From Candidatus Saccharimonadota bacterium (GTDB lineage: Bacteria > Patescibacteriota > Gracilibacteria > UBA4473): a stretch of 32,000 bases of DNA. This document shows, one piece after another, positions 31,672-32,000 of this stretch (position 1 is the first letter of the stretch; every line of letters starts with the position of its first letter). The notes under the pieces were generated by a model that saw nothing but the letters and a program-made list of their open reading frames with translations, was not told where the DNA came from and made no database searches. The stretch covers positions 960,001 through 992,000 of the forward strand of contig OZ245819.1 in the NCBI GenBank assembly GCA_965228485.1. Direction: 5' to 3'. Position numbers and translations under genes: made by a program.

Positions 31672-32000
31672 ATGAAATTTCTCAATGGCGGTGGCGGCTC
31701 TGTTGTTTTTCTGGAACGAAGGTTTATCTATCAAGATGCAGAAGTTATTGGAAATGGTGAAACTCCTGGATTTGAAAGTTGGGAGTCTGCAGAAAAAGGA
31801 TTAGAGGATATTTATGGACCAGAAATTCCACCATCGGTTAAAGAAGCTTTTGAAGGATTGCAAGCTGCCGTAAATTTTGAGAACTCTCCGAAAGATGACG
31901 ATATTCGTTCAGAGTCTTTTAGTGCGATGACTCAATTAGTGAATGAAATGAATGCGGCGGGTCAGCCTTCAGAGGAAAACTATCAAAAGGTACAAGATTT
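31672..32000 (+). CDS. Hypothetical protein, N-terminal fragment running off the window; not in the ORF track
   Basis: My own translation from ATG 31672 (MKFLNGGGGSVVFLERRFIYQDAEVIGNGETPGFESWESAEKGLEDIYGPE...) has no stop through nt 32000. Confidence 0.4.
   Translation, partial: MKFLNGGGGSVVFLERRFIYQDAEVIGNGETPGFESWESAEKGLEDIYGPEIPPSVKEAFEGLQAAVNFENSPKDDDIRSESFSAMTQLVNEMNAAGQPSEENYQKVQD

Noticed and set aside
1-32000. Alternative genetic code (UGA recoding, as in some CPR lineages)
   Set aside because: Long conserved genes (uvrA 957 aa, recG, glmS, recJ) are intact under the standard code with no in-frame TGA interruptions.
1-32000. CRISPR arrays, IS elements, integrases, prophage or defence islands
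   Set aside because: No regularly spaced direct repeats and no transposase, integrase or phage-like ORFs were seen. The only repeat of note is the duplicated tRNA 3' end, reported separately.

Overview
AT-rich, very gene-dense bacterial window: about 32 protein-coding genes, one tRNA, and no rRNA, CRISPR array, transposase or integrase. All calls rest on motif recognition in the supplied translations and on reading the DNA by eye; no homology search was run.

Most genes are housekeeping: pyrH, gpmI, recJ, recG, rpsP with a KH-domain gene, glmS, htpX, tyrS, uvrA, an M16 peptidase, a PfkB kinase, a CorA-type channel and an AI-2E transporter. Several features suggest a reduced-genome, CPR/Patescibacteria-like organism, though this is inference:
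- small two-TM T4SS-pilin-like paralogs
- a PrgI-like gene
- a PilX-like protein
- extreme compaction
- no Shine-Dalgarno sequences

Main leads:
1. An orphan PrgI-like gene plus a VirB4-N-terminal-only gene, with no ATPase domain in the locus (12.7-14.4 kb). Two T4SS-pilin-like paralogs lie nearby.
2. A ComF-family reading frame that is open for about 205 codons but has no ATG/GTG/TTG start. Its 5' end overlaps the terminator hairpin of the upstream pilin-like gene.
3. A tRNA-Arg with the unusual anticodon GCG. Its 3' 20 nt are duplicated 106 bp downstream, with inverted T-arm fragments in between.
4. A recurrent -10 box 5-9 nt upstream of start codons, predicting leaderless mRNAs.
5. Five convergent gene pairs that share overlapping stop codons.
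6. A near-perfect CIRCE operator upstream of htpX.
7. A PAP2 phosphatase fused to a polyprenol-kinase-like membrane domain.

I cannot show that any of these is a new system. The T4SS-like remnant and its pilin paralogs are the best candidate.
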